From: Camelus dromedarius
Taxonomy: Eukaryota
Direction: 5' to 3'
DNA: 64,000 bases
Assembly: GCF_036321535.1 (NCBI RefSeq)
Contig: NC_087436.1
Coordinates: 81,346,001-81,410,000 of the forward strand
Below the pieces are notes generated by a model. It saw only the letters and a program-made list of their open reading frames with translations. It did no database searches and had not been told where the DNA came from. Each line of letters opens with the position of its first letter. The stretch's first letter is position 1. This document shows, piece after piece, positions 38,640 through 52,260 of the stretch. Made by a program: the position numbers and the translations under genes.

Positions 38640-40800
38640 CACTGATGCACAGGTCTTGCTGAGCTGAAGGAGTAAGATTAGAGGACGGGAAATCCAAGTA
38701 AGCAGCAGAAAAGAGAGAAGTAGACACAGAGGTTATTGGGAGATCAGCAGTGGGTATCCCTCAAGTCTTTGCCTGAGGGTTGATTTATGCTTGCATGCAA
38801 GGACACTACACTACTCTGGGGGGAGGGGGAAGTACCAGAAATCAGTGGTCTGGGCCCTTCCCGGGCCCTCATACCAAGCTTGAAATAATTGTGTTTCCCA
38901 CAACCAGAGTAGAAGATCTTGATACTTAGGCATTGTGTAGAGTCCTCAGAAGGGTATTACCTTGGTAATAATGTTACAATTATGGACCAGTTCCTATAAA
39001 ATTTTTAAAAGAAATTCTAATGATTCAATGGAGGTTTGGGGAGAAAAAGAAGGAGGAATAGGTATAGCACAAAGTAATTTTAGGGCCATGAAACTATTCT
39101 GTATGATACTGTAATGGTGGGTACATGATATTATGCATTTGTCAAAACCCAGATCTCACAAAGAGTGATTTCTAGTATAAACTATGAACTTTAATTAATA
39201 ATAATAATGTATCAATATTGGTTCATCGATGAAGCCTAAAACTGTTAAAAACCTAAACTGCTTGTGAAGTCAGCCAGAAAGAGAAAGAAAAATACCATAT
39301 GAGATCTCTCATATGTGGAATCTAAAAAAACAAAAACAAAGCATAAATACAAAACAGAAATAGACTCATAGACATAGAATACAAACTTGTGGTTGCCAAG
39401 GGGGCGGGGGGTGGGAAGGGACAGACTGGGATTTCAAAATTGTAGAATAGATAAAGAAGATTATACTGTATAGCACAGGGAAATATATACAAGATCTTAT
39501 GGTAGCTCACAGAGGAAAAAAATGTGACAATGAATATATATATGTTCATGTATAACTGAAAAATTGTGTTCTACACTGGAATTTGACACAACATTGTAAA
39601 ATGATTATAAATCAATAAAAAAAGTTAAAAAAAAAAAAACCTAAACTGCTCTAAAGATTTCTCATTAGAAACTATGCAATTCAAAGGGACATGGATCAAA
39701 ATAAAGCCTATAAGTGTCAAAAAAAAAATCCAACTTATCTTCAAACACCTAAATGTATGCCAGAAAAAAAGTCCAGCATAATTTAAAGATATTTTTTCAA
39801 AATTAAAGCTTTAAAAATTCTAAAGCTCACACTATTTTCCATTCGCTTAAAAACAACCAGCATGCAAATAATCAGAAGAATATGAACGATAGCCAGGAGA
39901 AAAATTATCTAATAGAAAGACCCAGACATAACTGGTATTGATTTTCAAATCAAGTATCTGAATAAATAACCTGTTTTAAGTGTATATAAAGAACTCATAC
40001 AGTAATAATAAGACAATGAACACAGTGAAAATGAGTGAAAGATCTGAATTTGAAATTTCATCAAAGAAGATAAATAAATAACAAATAACAAAGAAAAATG
40101 CTCAATATCTTTAGTCATTAAGTAAATGCAAATTTATACTATGATGAGGCACCACTACACATCCTCTACAAAGTATAAAGTTAAGGTTGAAAATACTAAG
40201 TTTGGCTGGTAGAAATACAAAATGTTAGAGCCATTTTGCACGTATTAGGCAAGTTTTTATCAACTTAATTATTCACTAACCATAAGCCCCAGCAGAGCAT
40301 TGTGCTAAGTATTTACCCAAGAAAAAAGAAAATATATGCTCACCCAAGACTTGTAGTCAATGCGGACTTTATTCAAAATAGCTCCAGTCTGAAAACTAAT
40401 TGTCTATCGATTGTTGAATAGATAAAAAATATTGATACATCCATAAAATGGAATACTGTCAGCAATAAAAGAATGAACTACTGACACATGGATAACAATA
40501 TGGATAAATGACAAAAGCATTATGCTAAGTGAGTAATGCCTACACACAGAAGACTTCATACTGTATAATTCCATTTATATGAAATTTTAGAAAAGAAAAA
40601 GATACAGTGACAGAAAGTGGATCAGTGGTTGCCATGGACAGGAGGTAAGGGTACGGAATTGGCTTCAAAGGGGCACGAGGGAATTATCTATATTAACGAT
40701 TAGGTGGTGTTTTCAGGACTGTCATTTGTCAAAATATATCATATACCTTACAGATAACGTGTACATGTGCTAAAAATGAAACATATGCAAGGTTATTCAT
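38640..40800 (+). mobile_element. Old L1 (L1MC/ME-like) fragments hosting a young L1 insert
   Basis: gaaactattctgtatgatactgtaatggtgg, ccataaaatggaatactgtcagcaataaaag, aagcattatgctaagtga. Confidence 0.7.
39263..39634 (+). mobile_element. Young 5'-truncated L1 (372 bp)
   Basis: Perfect 16-bp TSD AAAAACCTAAACTGCT at 39247-39262 and 39635-39650, TT/AAAA site, A tail. Confidence 0.92.
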
Positions 40801-42109
40801 TGCAAAAAACCACTAACTGAATCTACATTTACTAGAGTGCTGCCATATATGTGTGTGTATATATGTATGTATTTTAAAGTGCCTAGGTGCCTTCAAAGGA
40901 AAATTGAATTCTTATCCAACTCTTATGAAGAAAAGTACCCATAATATGGGATTTAAATTCAATGTGTATATAATTATATGAGCCTGGGGGACTTGCTGGA
41001 ACATGTAGCCCAGTGGAACTCCCCAGTCTGCTTGGACTCTTCAGAATGGACTGGTGATCGTAACCACTCTGACCTCACTGTTTGGGCTTCCTGTTTATCA
41101 TTAGTATTCTAAGGAAGAGAATGACAGAGAGGATGGATTACGAAGGAAGAAAAGACTGCATATAAAGACACACACATCATCACCACTACCAGGCTAGTCT
41201 GTCCTAAATGGCTATGAAAATTGAAACAAAGTCCCTTTACAAGGAACTACTGTCATTTATAATTCTGGAGACTAAATGAAAGCAAAGCCTCCTAAGGTAA
41301 AAGAAAGATACTTCTAAATCTCTAAGGCCCTGACACTCACTTCACAATCGTGGCAAGTGTATATTGGCCTGGCTGTTCACAGACTCATCATGGAGACCTT
41401 GGGGTGTCTATCTTCCATTAATTAAATGCCCCACATAGTTCACAGCTATGATTAAAAAAAAACAGTGATGTTTCAAATGGCATATTCCAGTGATGGGGAA
41501 AAGCTCCATTTTCCCAAAATAGGCAGAGTACTAGGCAGAGTCCTATACCATAGAGGCTGCTAACATTTGAAAGTGTGTCTGTTATACGGGCAGATAGCAA
41601 GCTAGAACTAAGAGCCCATGTCTTCAAACACAGTACACGATAGTGACAGTGTTGACAGCCATTAACTATGCTAAAATATTTTCTTCAGATTCATTGCTAC
41701 ATGCATTGAAAATAGGATGACAAATTCAGAGGTTACTAAAAGGGAATAGATGGATATATAATACTGTTAATTTCATTGTCTTTTTGCTTCCACAGCTCCG
41801 TAATAATTGATGATGATTCAATAGATAGTTCTCTTTTGTTTAGTTTCTTATTTAGAACAACACCAAGGTTATTTATTATTACTACAGTTTTAAATCCAAC
41901 AGCTGAAATATATTAAGACAAGTGCATAACTTAACAGTGAGAAGATGAAGTATCAGATTTCACCCTGGTCACTCATCATCTATGTGGCCATAGGCAAAAC
42001 CATAACCTCTCTGAACCTCAACTTTCTCATCTGAACAATGCTAAGTCCTGTCTCACAGCCTTATGAGAAACTTAATTTAGAAGATGTAAGTGAAACACTT
42101 CCACCTAAC

Positions 42110-42365
42110 ACAGTTTCTCAGACTCTAACACACACAGGAATCACCTGGGGATTTGGCTGAAATGCAAATTCTGATTCAGAAGGTCTACAGTGGGTCCTAA
42201 AATTTTGAAGCTTCCAGGTGATGCCAGTGCTTCTATTCTGTTATTGCTGGTGTCATCTGGGAGCTGATTAGAAATGTGAAAAATCTCATGCCCCTCCCAA
42301 TACCTATAATTTAATAGAAATTCCAGATAATTTGTATGAACATAAATGTTTGAGCAGCATTGGCC
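42110..42365. mobile_element. MER5-family MITE(s)
   Basis: gaatcacctggggatttggctgaaatgcaaattctgattcagaaggtct...ttccaggtgatgcc. Confidence 0.6.
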
Positions 42366-43626
42366 AGTATCAAACCTGACATATTGCAGATTCCTGATCT
42401 AAATATGTTAGAGGTTTTGCGTAGTTACAGGAGTGCACAGGATACAGATGGATATAATGTATTTTTTCCTATTTGAAATTTGACTTTGAATTATAATCGT
42501 TATAATCAGAGTCAAATCTTGCCCAAGTGTTGCTTTAAGCTAACGAGTGGCCTCATCCCACCCAGGTCAGGCCACTGACCTTTTTCTCATCTTGCATTGG
42601 TTAACTACCTCTTCCGCATTTTTGTTTAATTTATGAGTCAAAAGCATCTTACCAGTAAATATAAATGTCATTTATATCAATATGAAAATAATATTGCTAT
42701 GAGATAATAAGTCATATACGAATGCTGTATACAACTTGAGGGTTTGCATTTAATCCTGAAGTGTTTACCTCCTTTCACATCTATTTACACTATTTTCCTA
42801 TTTACTAAGTGAGCAGGGGATTTCTTTATGTAGTGCTTCATCGTTAATAAGTCAACACCTGTTCTGTTTCTGGGACATTATTTTTGTGCATTAAAAAATT
42901 CAAAATTAGAAAAAAATGTATTCTCTACATTCTACTCTCCAACAGCTAGTTGGCAGGTGTTTCAGTAGAAATCTACATTGTCAAAAGCACTTATCATTTT
43001 CTCCACCAAATTTATATAAGTATTTTACAGAAAGATTATATTTACTAACTAAAATTAGTTTCCCTGCATTTATTTATCAGAGATTACTCTTAGGAGCTTT
43101 TATCAAGATGATATAAGCACAGTTAACACACCACATTAATATATTTCAAGCCAAAGCAAAAATAACTAATGCTTGCATTAGCTTTTAGTTCTTTATTGTG
43201 GGTATATGAATAAAAATAACAGTTAAAAAGATTCTTAGGGAGTTGGGACATCCAAAGTTGTGAAACTAATTTAGAAGCCTAGTTAGTGGTGGCTGCCTGT
43301 TCTAATGGGTGGGAGCATCCAACTTGTAAGTCAGTGAGGAATACATAAAATGTATTTTGAGATTTCAGCTAATACACTATAAAACCTAATAAGTCCACTG
43401 ATTATTAAGAAGTGTATTACTGCTTTTTATAAAAGATTAACCTTTCTAGCCACTGCTGACTGCATTATTTTTACTGTCTGAAATTTGTAAGATATTGACT
43501 TCTAATTCATACTTTACAGTGAATAATAAAAATACGAGGATCAAATGAGAACCATAGGTTTTTATCTATATAAGAGAATTGTTTTCTTCCTTGAAGGTCT
43601 TCTCTTTGTTTAAAATGCCCTGAAGC

Positions 43627-45668
43627 ACTGATATTTCTTAAAGAGCAGGTTTGCTAGTGAACAGTTCTCTCAGTTTTTGCTTAACTAGGAATGTCTTATT
43701 TCTCCCTCATTTTTGAAGCATAGGTTTTTTGGATATAGACTTCTTGCTTGACTATCTTTCAACATTTTGAAAATTTCATCCCATTGCCTTCTAGCAATGA
43801 GAGATGATGAGAAGTCAGCTGTTAATCTTATTGAGAATCCCTTATGCATGAGTTGTGTCTCTCTTGCTGCTTTCAGGGTTCTCTCTTTGTCGACAGTTGA
43901 CTATGATGGGTCAAGGTGTGAATCCTTTTGTCTTTACCTTACTTGGAATTTGATGAGTTTCTTGAATGTATAGATTCATGTTTTTCATCAGATTTCAGCA
44001 ACTATTTCTTCAAATATTCTTTCTGCTCATTTCTCTTTCTACTTTCCTTCTGGTATCATTATGCCTGTGCTGGTATGCTTCATGGTGTCCCACAGGTCTC
44101 TGAGGCTCTGCTCATTTGTCTTCATTCCTTTTCCTTTCTGTTACTCAGACTGAATAACAACAATTGACCTGTTTTCAGGTATGCTGATCCTTTCTTCTGC
44201 CTGCTCAGGTCTGCTGTTGATCCCCTCTACTGATTTTTTCATTTCAATTATTGTAACTTGCAACTCCAGAATATCTATTTGATTCATATATTTCTATTTC
44301 TATTTACATTTATTTTTATGTTTATGTTTAATGGAGGTACTGGGGATTGAACCCAAAACCTCATGCATGCTAAGCATGTGCTGTACCACTGAGCTATTTC
44401 CCTTCCCCCTGATTCTTTTCTATATTTTCAATCTCTTTATTGGTATCTGGTGAGCCATTGCTCTTATTTTCCTTTGGTTTCTTTAAACATGGTTTCCATT
44501 TACTTATGAAAGCACATTTGAAAAAGTTTAAGTCTTTAGCCAATGAGTTCAATGTCTCAGTTTCCTCAGAGTCTATTTTTTCCTATACTTTATTTATTCT
44601 TTACATGCCTCATTATTTGTTTCAAAACTAGACATTTTTAATAATATAATAACGTGGGAACACTGGATATAAGACTCTCACCCTCCCTTTGTTGTTGTTG
44701 CTGTTTGTTGTTTGTTTAGTAACTTTTCTGGACTAATTCTATAAAGTCTATGTCATTTGCCATCTGTGCCATTGAAGTCTCTGCTTGGTTTGCTTAGTGG
44801 TCAGCTAAGGACTGAGCATAGATTAAAAGGCTAGAGCCAATAAGTCTCCCATTCTTTATCAAGGGGCCCTGAGTGCATGTTGGGGCAAACCTTCAACACT
44901 CAACCAGATGGTTTACAGCTTTGCCTTAGCCTTCAGTTCCTGCTTATGCAGAACCTCAAGATCAGCTAGAGGTGAGAGCTGGGGGAATTCTCAGTTATTG
45001 CCTGAGCATGCACACAGCCCTGGGCATGCACAGAATCTTAAGCATTCATGAAATCTTCTAGGTTCTCAGGAATATAACAGAGTTTTTCAACACCTCCTAT
45101 GGAAATCTCATTCCTTAGATTTTCCTCCTAAGCTTTTGGGTTAACTTATTGTTTAGCTCAACTGTTATACACTTGCTTCAAGCAGCCATGATTTTAAATG
45201 AAAGTGCCCCTAATTACTTTTGACAAATGCTCCTGAGAAAAATGTTGTTCATACTGGTCAAATTTCTAGTCAGATAAAATGAAGACAAGCCTTTTGAGTG
45301 GCATCTTCCAGAGAACCGCCAAACAAGTCAAACAATGACAGTTCTTTGGGAATGGGGCTTTGAAGGGGCTCCAGCCCTGCTTTTCCCATTCTAGTTGCTG
45401 CCAGACTGCTGGTTCCCTTTGTGATTGTGGGCTGTTGGTTTTCAAGACTACTACAGAGCTAGGGAGAGGAGGAGGAATTAAAACACCACGGAGCTTGCTG
45501 TTCTCTACCAAGATTCAATAATTTTTCTTGAATAAACACTCTCCAGATTTCAAGCCTTTAGTTTATTTCCAGCTTTCTGAAAATGTTGATTAAGAATGTT
45601 TTTGTCAGTTACTTTTATGAAGGCAAGGATTTGTGTAGTTCTTTATTACACCATTTTGGCTGATGTCA
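43627..45668 (-). mobile_element. Old L1 5'UTR plus ORF1 segment lacking a 3' end, bounded by an 18-bp direct repeat
   Basis: TTTAAAATGCCCTGAAGC at 43609-43626 and 45669-45686; antisense ORF1 motifs (gatgagaagtcagctgttaatcttattgag, cacaggtctctgaggctctgctcattt). Confidence 0.75.
44300..44409 (-). mobile_element. tRNA-derived SINE (vic-1-like)
   Basis: aatggaggtactggggattgaaccc...catgcatgctaagcatg...taccactgagctat. Confidence 0.85.
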
Positions 45669-46278
45669 TTTAAAATGCCCTGAAGCTTTTTAATGATCAG
45701 CAAAAGTTGTATGGAACTTCATTGTCTTGCTGTATTATAAAGACAGATCATATATCTACTAGAGATTGTATGGGTTTCCACTTCAGGATGCCACTAAAAT
45801 GTCTTGATTTGAGGCAGGTGTCAGATGAGAGATCACAGTGACCTCCTCAGAGAACGATTTCTCATAGTTAAATGTCAAACTTCAAAGAAACGTTGTATGA
45901 CAATTAAGAGAGAGCCTGGTCTTCAGAACTGGCTACTTCTGGGTTCAAGCCCTGCATCTTCACTTTAATAGCTTTGGGACGTTGGTCAGGTTACTTACCT
46001 TTTATAAGACAGTGATAATAACAGTGTCTATTCATAGATTTGTTTTAAAACCCAACTAAACTAACAAAAGTAAAGTTCTTTGTACATTTCATGGCACATG
46101 TTAAGTGCTCAAGAAATCTCATCAGCTATTGCTATTATCATCATTAAGAATATATTTTGGCTCTGCCAATAATAAAGCTGAATGTCACCTGTACATGGCT
46201 CTTTAAGAGTCATATTCAAAATAGGAAAGAAATCAAAACTGTTTCACTCATACTACTTTGTTTTCTGTGCAATTCCAG

Positions 46279-47356
46279 GCACTGTGGTGGTCCAACAGTT
46301 GATGTCAATGATGATTAGCAAGCATGATCACCTCTTCCCCAAAGATGCAGAACTGCAGAGCAAGCCCCAGGATGGAGTGAGCAACAACAACAATGATGTT
46401 CAGAAGAAAATCACCGTGGGTCAGCTACAGAACAAGGAGAACAACAATACCAAGGACAGTCCTGTAAGGCGGTGCTCTTGGGACAAGTCCGAGTCTCCCC
46501 AGAGAAGCAGCGGGGATAATGGATCCCCCACAGCCCTATCAGGCAGCAAAACCAACAGCCCGAGGAACAGCGTTCACAAGCTGGACGTCTCCAGGAGCCC
46601 CCCTCTCATGGTCAAAAAGAATCCCGCCTTCAATAAGGGCAGTGGGATAGTCACCAATGGGTCCTTCAGCAGCAGCAACGCAGAAGGACTTGAGAAAACC
46701 CAAACCACTCCCAATGGGAGCTTACAGGCCAGAAGGACCGCTTCACTGAAGGGGTCTGGTACCAAAATGGGCACCCACAGTGTACAGAACGGAACTGTGC
46801 GGATGAGCATTTTGAACACCGATACCCTCGGGAACCCTGGGAACGGGCGCAGCATGAGCTGGCTGCCCAATGGCTACGTGACCCTGAGGGATAACAAGCA
46901 GAAGGAGCACGCGGGAGAGGCGGGCCAGCATAACAGGCTGTCTACCTATGATAACGTCCACCAGCAGTTCTCCCTGCTGAGCCTCGACGACAAACAGAGC
47001 GTCGACAGCGCCACCTGGTCCACTTCCTCCTGCGAAATCTCCCTTCCGGAGAACTCCAACTCCTGTCGCTCGTCCACCACCACGTGCCCGGAACAAGACT
47101 TTTACGGTGGGAACTTTGAGGACCCTGTTTTGGATGGGCCCCCGCAGGACGACCTTTCCCACCCCGGGGACTATGAAAACAAAAGTGACCGCAGGAGTAT
47201 GGGCGGTCGAAGTAGCCGTGCCACCAGCAGCAGCGACAACAGCGAGACGTTTGTCGGCAACACCACCAGCAACCACAGTGCACTGCATAGCTTAGTGTCC
47301 AGCCTGAAACAGGAAATGACCAAGCAGAAGATAGAGTATGAGTCCAGGATAAAGAG
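46279..47356 (+). CDS. ARHGAP24: ARHGAP24 large exon: Ser/Thr-rich spacer and start of coiled coil
   Basis: aattccAG acceptor, GTGAGG donor at 47357, 1078 bp, inside ORF 46182..47360. (G)TVVVQQLMS...RLSTYDNVHQQ...CRSSTTTCPE...KQKIEYESRIK(S). Phases match both neighbours. Confidence 0.97.
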
Positions 47357-47439
47357 GTGAGGCAGATCTGGAGCCCCTCTCTGTCCCAGAGGGTGTGACC
47401 GCCTCCTGCCCTGAGACAGGCTCACCCAGGGGGTTAAAT

Positions 47440-47645
47440 ATGCTGATTCCAGAGTCAGAGACCCAAGTTCAAGTCCTAGCTTCACCATTTGTCTGTAAGC
47501 TGTGCAATTTTAGGGAAGTTCACTTCATCTCTGTGAGTCTCAGCTTCCTAATGTGAAAATTTTAAATTCTGGTCGTATCTACCTCAAAAGCATGTAAGAA
47601 ATCATTGCACATTGTCCCCGGCAGAGAATAGGTGCTCAATAATGC
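47440..47645 (+). mobile_element. MIR SINE
   Basis: gagtcagagacccaagttcaagtcctagcttcaccatt...tctctgtgagtctcagcttcct...taggtgctcaataa. Confidence 0.75.
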
Positions 47646-50600
47646 CGTCTCTTGTTAGTGGTAAATTAACGTGTGGATTGGTGTTAGAGGGCTGGAGAGG
47701 AGCGTGGGGAGTGGAGGTGAATGGAGAATAGAGTCTGTTCTCACTGATGGGAGGAGGATGAAATGAAGGTAAAGAAAAGTTGTAGAGCTCAGCAGCTCTT
47801 TATTGTTCATTCCTTCAATTGCTGAATGCTTGAGTGGATGTCTGCTCTCTGCCAGGCTCAGGCCCAGGTCCTGAGGATTCATCAGTGAGTGAAACAGACA
47901 AAACCTCAGCCCCCATGGAATGTGCTTCCACTGCACTGGAGGAGGCAGATGAATAAGTGAAACAGATCTCATGCTAAGTAGAAGACTAAAGCAGGGAAGC
48001 GGCTAAGAAGTGTTGGTGAGGGCTAATTCTAAGCGTAGGGCCTTGTAGGAGGTTACAGAGGAAGTCATGAAGGTACTGGGAGAAGGGCAAGTGGAAATGC
48101 CGTGAGATGGGCTGGGCAGGGAGCTCGGAGAGGTACCATAGAGCCTTCAGGATCATCTAAAGTCTTGGCTTTTATTGACATTGGACTCCAGGGAGGTTTT
48201 TTGAGAGAAGCGATGGCATGAAGTGTATTCATGTGGACAAGAGAAAGTGTACCCTAAATGGGGAGCAAAAAATATGATTTATAAGGAACAATTGTGCTGA
48301 AATCTAATTGGTATCAATTGACATCTTCTCATAAGGTGACCAAGGCAAGAAGTTTGCTTAGCAACTTCAAGGAAGCAACCTGGGCAAGACAAGGGGCCTT
48401 GACTAAGCAGCCCGTGTGGACAGTGCCCCTGCCCGTCAGCTTTCCGTGGTCTCGAGAGGCAGGAGTTCAGAGAGTGGAGCCCAGGACTCACAGATACAAC
48501 CTTGTGCTGGAAACCTGAAGGTCACCACACCCCCATGTTTTCACTGGGGGCATAAAAAACCACGAAACAGATTGTTTTTATGTTCTCCTTTCAGCATTGT
48601 GTAGGGGACGAACACTGCACGCTCCAGTCAGGAGAAGGCCTGAGGCTCAGTTCTGCCTGAAGTAGCCCCTCCAGTGGCCTCAGCCCCAGTTCCAGGCTGT
48701 GGCCGTGGTGGACCTCTTCCTGTGCAGTTATTCTAAGATCCTCACAGTCTGTGAGCATCAATCTTTGCCCTGCTTCAACTGCTTCCATGGCTCTAAACCC
48801 CACATGGTTTCTTTATTATATATAAAATTGACCTTATTTTATTTTAATGTTTCCCATCCACTTATCAATTATCAAGCCAAAAGACACATATTTTTAAGAG
48901 CTATGTAAAATAAATATAAACAAAAATACTACTTATATGTTAGATTGAGAAATTACTTCCTTGGAAACAGAAACTTGGCTTGAATTCTCCTATTTAATGC
49001 CAAGTGACAGGAGGTTTAAATAAGAAGAAAACTGGTGTCATCGTCTTATCAGTTTACTCTTCTTTCTGAATGTCGTTTTTGGAACCACTGGCTACCAGAA
49101 TTCTGAACTGCTGCTGAGATAACACTCGGAACTTGCACTGAGATAGGAAATACATTATTCTGAATGGCTGCAGATGTACACATTCATTTATGAAAACAAT
49201 GGTGATACATTCATGTTCCAAGTCTGTGGTGCATTTCATGGATTTCGATAAAACAGTTGAACCCTCCAACAGTATATCATCTCATTGGCCTCTCTCACTT
49301 TAGCATTTCTAGCCATGTAACAAGCAAAGGGAGGGGCCTGTAATAAAGTAGGGCAAGGGAGCTGGCTCATGGCCAAGCCACAGAAATATAAGACGTAGAT
49401 GTTCCAGTTAATTCTTGATTATTCCTGTTTAGAATTATACATTTCTATATTCTTTTTAACTCTGCCCCACAAGTATTGATATTAGATGGACAGACAGATG
49501 ATAGATACATACATACATATACACATACGTACGTATATACATCCTTAAATAGGTGATAAATAGATGGATATTACTTTATTTTATCAATCCTTGGTATGTA
49601 TGATTTTTAGTTTTTAAACATGTGAGTTTGGTGTTCTTCTCCCTCTACTCCCAAATTAGTTTCTAGCCTTATCATATTGTGGTCACAGAAATTCATTTGT
49701 ATGATATCACTTATTTGGTCTGGTAAGAAGTATTTATTATTTACTATTGGTTTGAGACCATATATATGACCAATAGATCAAATCCATTAATCAAGCTGTT
49801 CAAATCTTTTACACTTCCTAATTTTTATCAGAGAGATCTGTAATTTCTTAAAATTTCCTAATTTTTGTAGATTTATCAATTTCTCTTTATAACTTTGTTG
49901 TATTTTATAGTTAGTAACTTGAGGCTGTATCTCTAGATGAATAAAAGCTCAGAACTGCTGATATCTCTCTGATGAATTGATCCTTTTATCATTATGTAAT
50001 AGTCACTTTTCATTGTAATAATACTTTTTTGCCTAAAAGTCTATTTTTTCTGATATTAATATTGCTATATCACTTTTATTTTTATTAGTAACTTTCTGCT
50101 ATATTCTTTCCATTAACTGTCAAATGTTTTTTCATTATTTGAAGACATATATTTTTTCAGTTCTGGAATATTTTTATCTATCACCTTTTTCATTTATTTA
50201 ATCTCTCCCAATTTCTCAATTTTCTCCCTCTACAACCCTTACTAAAGTTTGTTGGACCTTCTTACTCCATTCTCCATCTCTGTTAACTTCTCTTCCTTAT
50301 ATTAAATTTCCATCTTTTTTCATTATGTGAGGCACTCTGGGTAATTTTTTTCAGATTTATTTTCCCAGTTATTTATTTTCTCTTCTGCTGATTTAATTCT
50401 GTCATAGCCCATAAGTAGAGCTTTTGTAGTCTCTTTTTCATAAAGACAATTGATGTTTCAAGCTCCGGGCTGAGTCACGTTCAGCCTTCTGCCTCTCTCA
50501 TACTGTTGATCTCCTCCCCTCCATGTGACAAAGAAAAGCCTAGTAGCTGCATCTAGGGCTTCTGTCCAGGATCAGTACCCTCATGTGCTTCCATTTGCTG

Positions 50601-52011
50601 TTCTGTATTTACATTTCTTCCTTGGTTCTGATACCTAAAGGTGCTCTTTTATTTCTTTTAATCCTGGCTGTGTATTTTAAAAATATTTTTCTTACATATT
50701 TTTTTCAGCATTGCTCTGTGTTTGCCGTAGGAAGGGTCCCTTCTCTTTTTAACTCAGTCCATTAGGTTCCTGGAATTTTCATGCAAGTGCCTGATACACA
50801 CAAATGCATCAGTATTTTTTTTTTAAAGGATTGGCTTCCTTGGTATTTAAGCTTGAATTTCTTCCAACTTTTTTATTCTAAAATAAATCGCTTTAGAAAG
50901 CAAAGAGAATATATTATAAAATAATTATGGGTGACAGCCTCCACACTACCAGGTTTCTGTATAAAAATGTGATCATGTGATCAAAATAGCCTTCTAAACT
51001 GATTAAAACAGATAAAAATCACGGAATGTGATTTTTTTTTCCAAACCCAGTTGCTTACAAAGGGAGAGCAGATTCATTTAAGTGCTCTTTTGATTATCTG
51101 GATGAAATATCAATATATGAGACTCTTATTTCAAAACAGAGGAGTAATTGAGATTTTAATTTGAAAATTATTAGTAAAATAATCAAGATTTCTGAGAGCT
51201 ACATGTGCATTAGCCTTTCAAATTTCAGTAGTACAGCAAATTCAAACCTACCTCCGGGACTTTAGCTCAGAATAAGAGAAACTTAAACATCAGCTATTAC
51301 CAAAACACATCTTATAATAACCAAGTGCTTAATATTCCTCTTTGAACAACAACAATAATAAATTTTGTTTTTGAACTTGGTGCTTATGGAGAAAGCTCTG
51401 CTGTTTTTTAGGAAATTATCTAAAACTGGACAGTTATCCAAAAGGATACAGTTATCAATCTCTAGAAATACAAATCTAGAGTTCTTAAGGTAGATTAATT
51501 TGGAAAGCAATAGAAATTGCAGAGAGCAGGCTACTTGGGTAGACTCCATTGTCACAAAATGTCAGGGGAATTACCTATTCAACACATGTAATCTCTACTT
51601 GTTAATGTAAGGTGGCTATTTTCTGTACCACTTTTATAAGATGGGACTCTGTATGTCCCAGAGAAGTCCATTCTTAGCAGTGAACTTAAACTCTCTAATA
51701 ATGACATTTTCACCATCATTCTCTTTCATTTGATAGAAAGCAGAAATGACTGTCCTCTTTTTCTTCCAACTTTATCAGACTCCCTGCCCCACTCCCTGGC
51801 CTTCTTTTAATAAAGTCAGATTTACGTTTAATGATCCAGGAAGCTATGCGGTTTGGGCTTCCTCCTGCTTTGCCATTCTGTGCTGCATGACATTGGTCTC
51901 TGGCTTCTCTGAGCTGAAATTCATTCATTCACCATCAAATGACAATGAAGTGCCTCCAAGAGAGGTCTTGGGGTCTTGTCAAAATGATAGTAAGTCATCT
52001 TAGGAAATAGT

Positions 52012-52103
52012 AAATATATATATATATGTATATATATACACACAATTGTATATATTAGAATATACAATATTATATATGTTATATATATAAATATATATAT
52101 ATA
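52012..52103. repeat. (TA)n-rich low-complexity tract
   Basis: Directly visible about 160 bp upstream of the last exon acceptor. Confidence 0.85.
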
Positions 52104-52260
52104 AAACACCTTTTATTTGGTGGATCTTGCTTCACTGATTTGAAAGGGCTCATTCCGATTTCCTATGCATTGCAGAGACAGAGTTGAGAAAACATTCTTT
52201 ACCCGTTTTGCATTTGTGTAAATTTGCTTTATCTCTTCTTCCCTCCCCCACCTTCTGTAG

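Noticed and set aside
46182..46278. ATG-initiated N-terminal extension of the 392-aa ORF
   Set aside because: Lies upstream of the canonical acceptor at 46277-46278; intronic open frame.
46743..47288. 181-aa antisense ORF and other minus-strand ORFs over the large exon
   Set aside because: Shadow frames of a GC-rich coding exon; no recognisable protein or gene structure.
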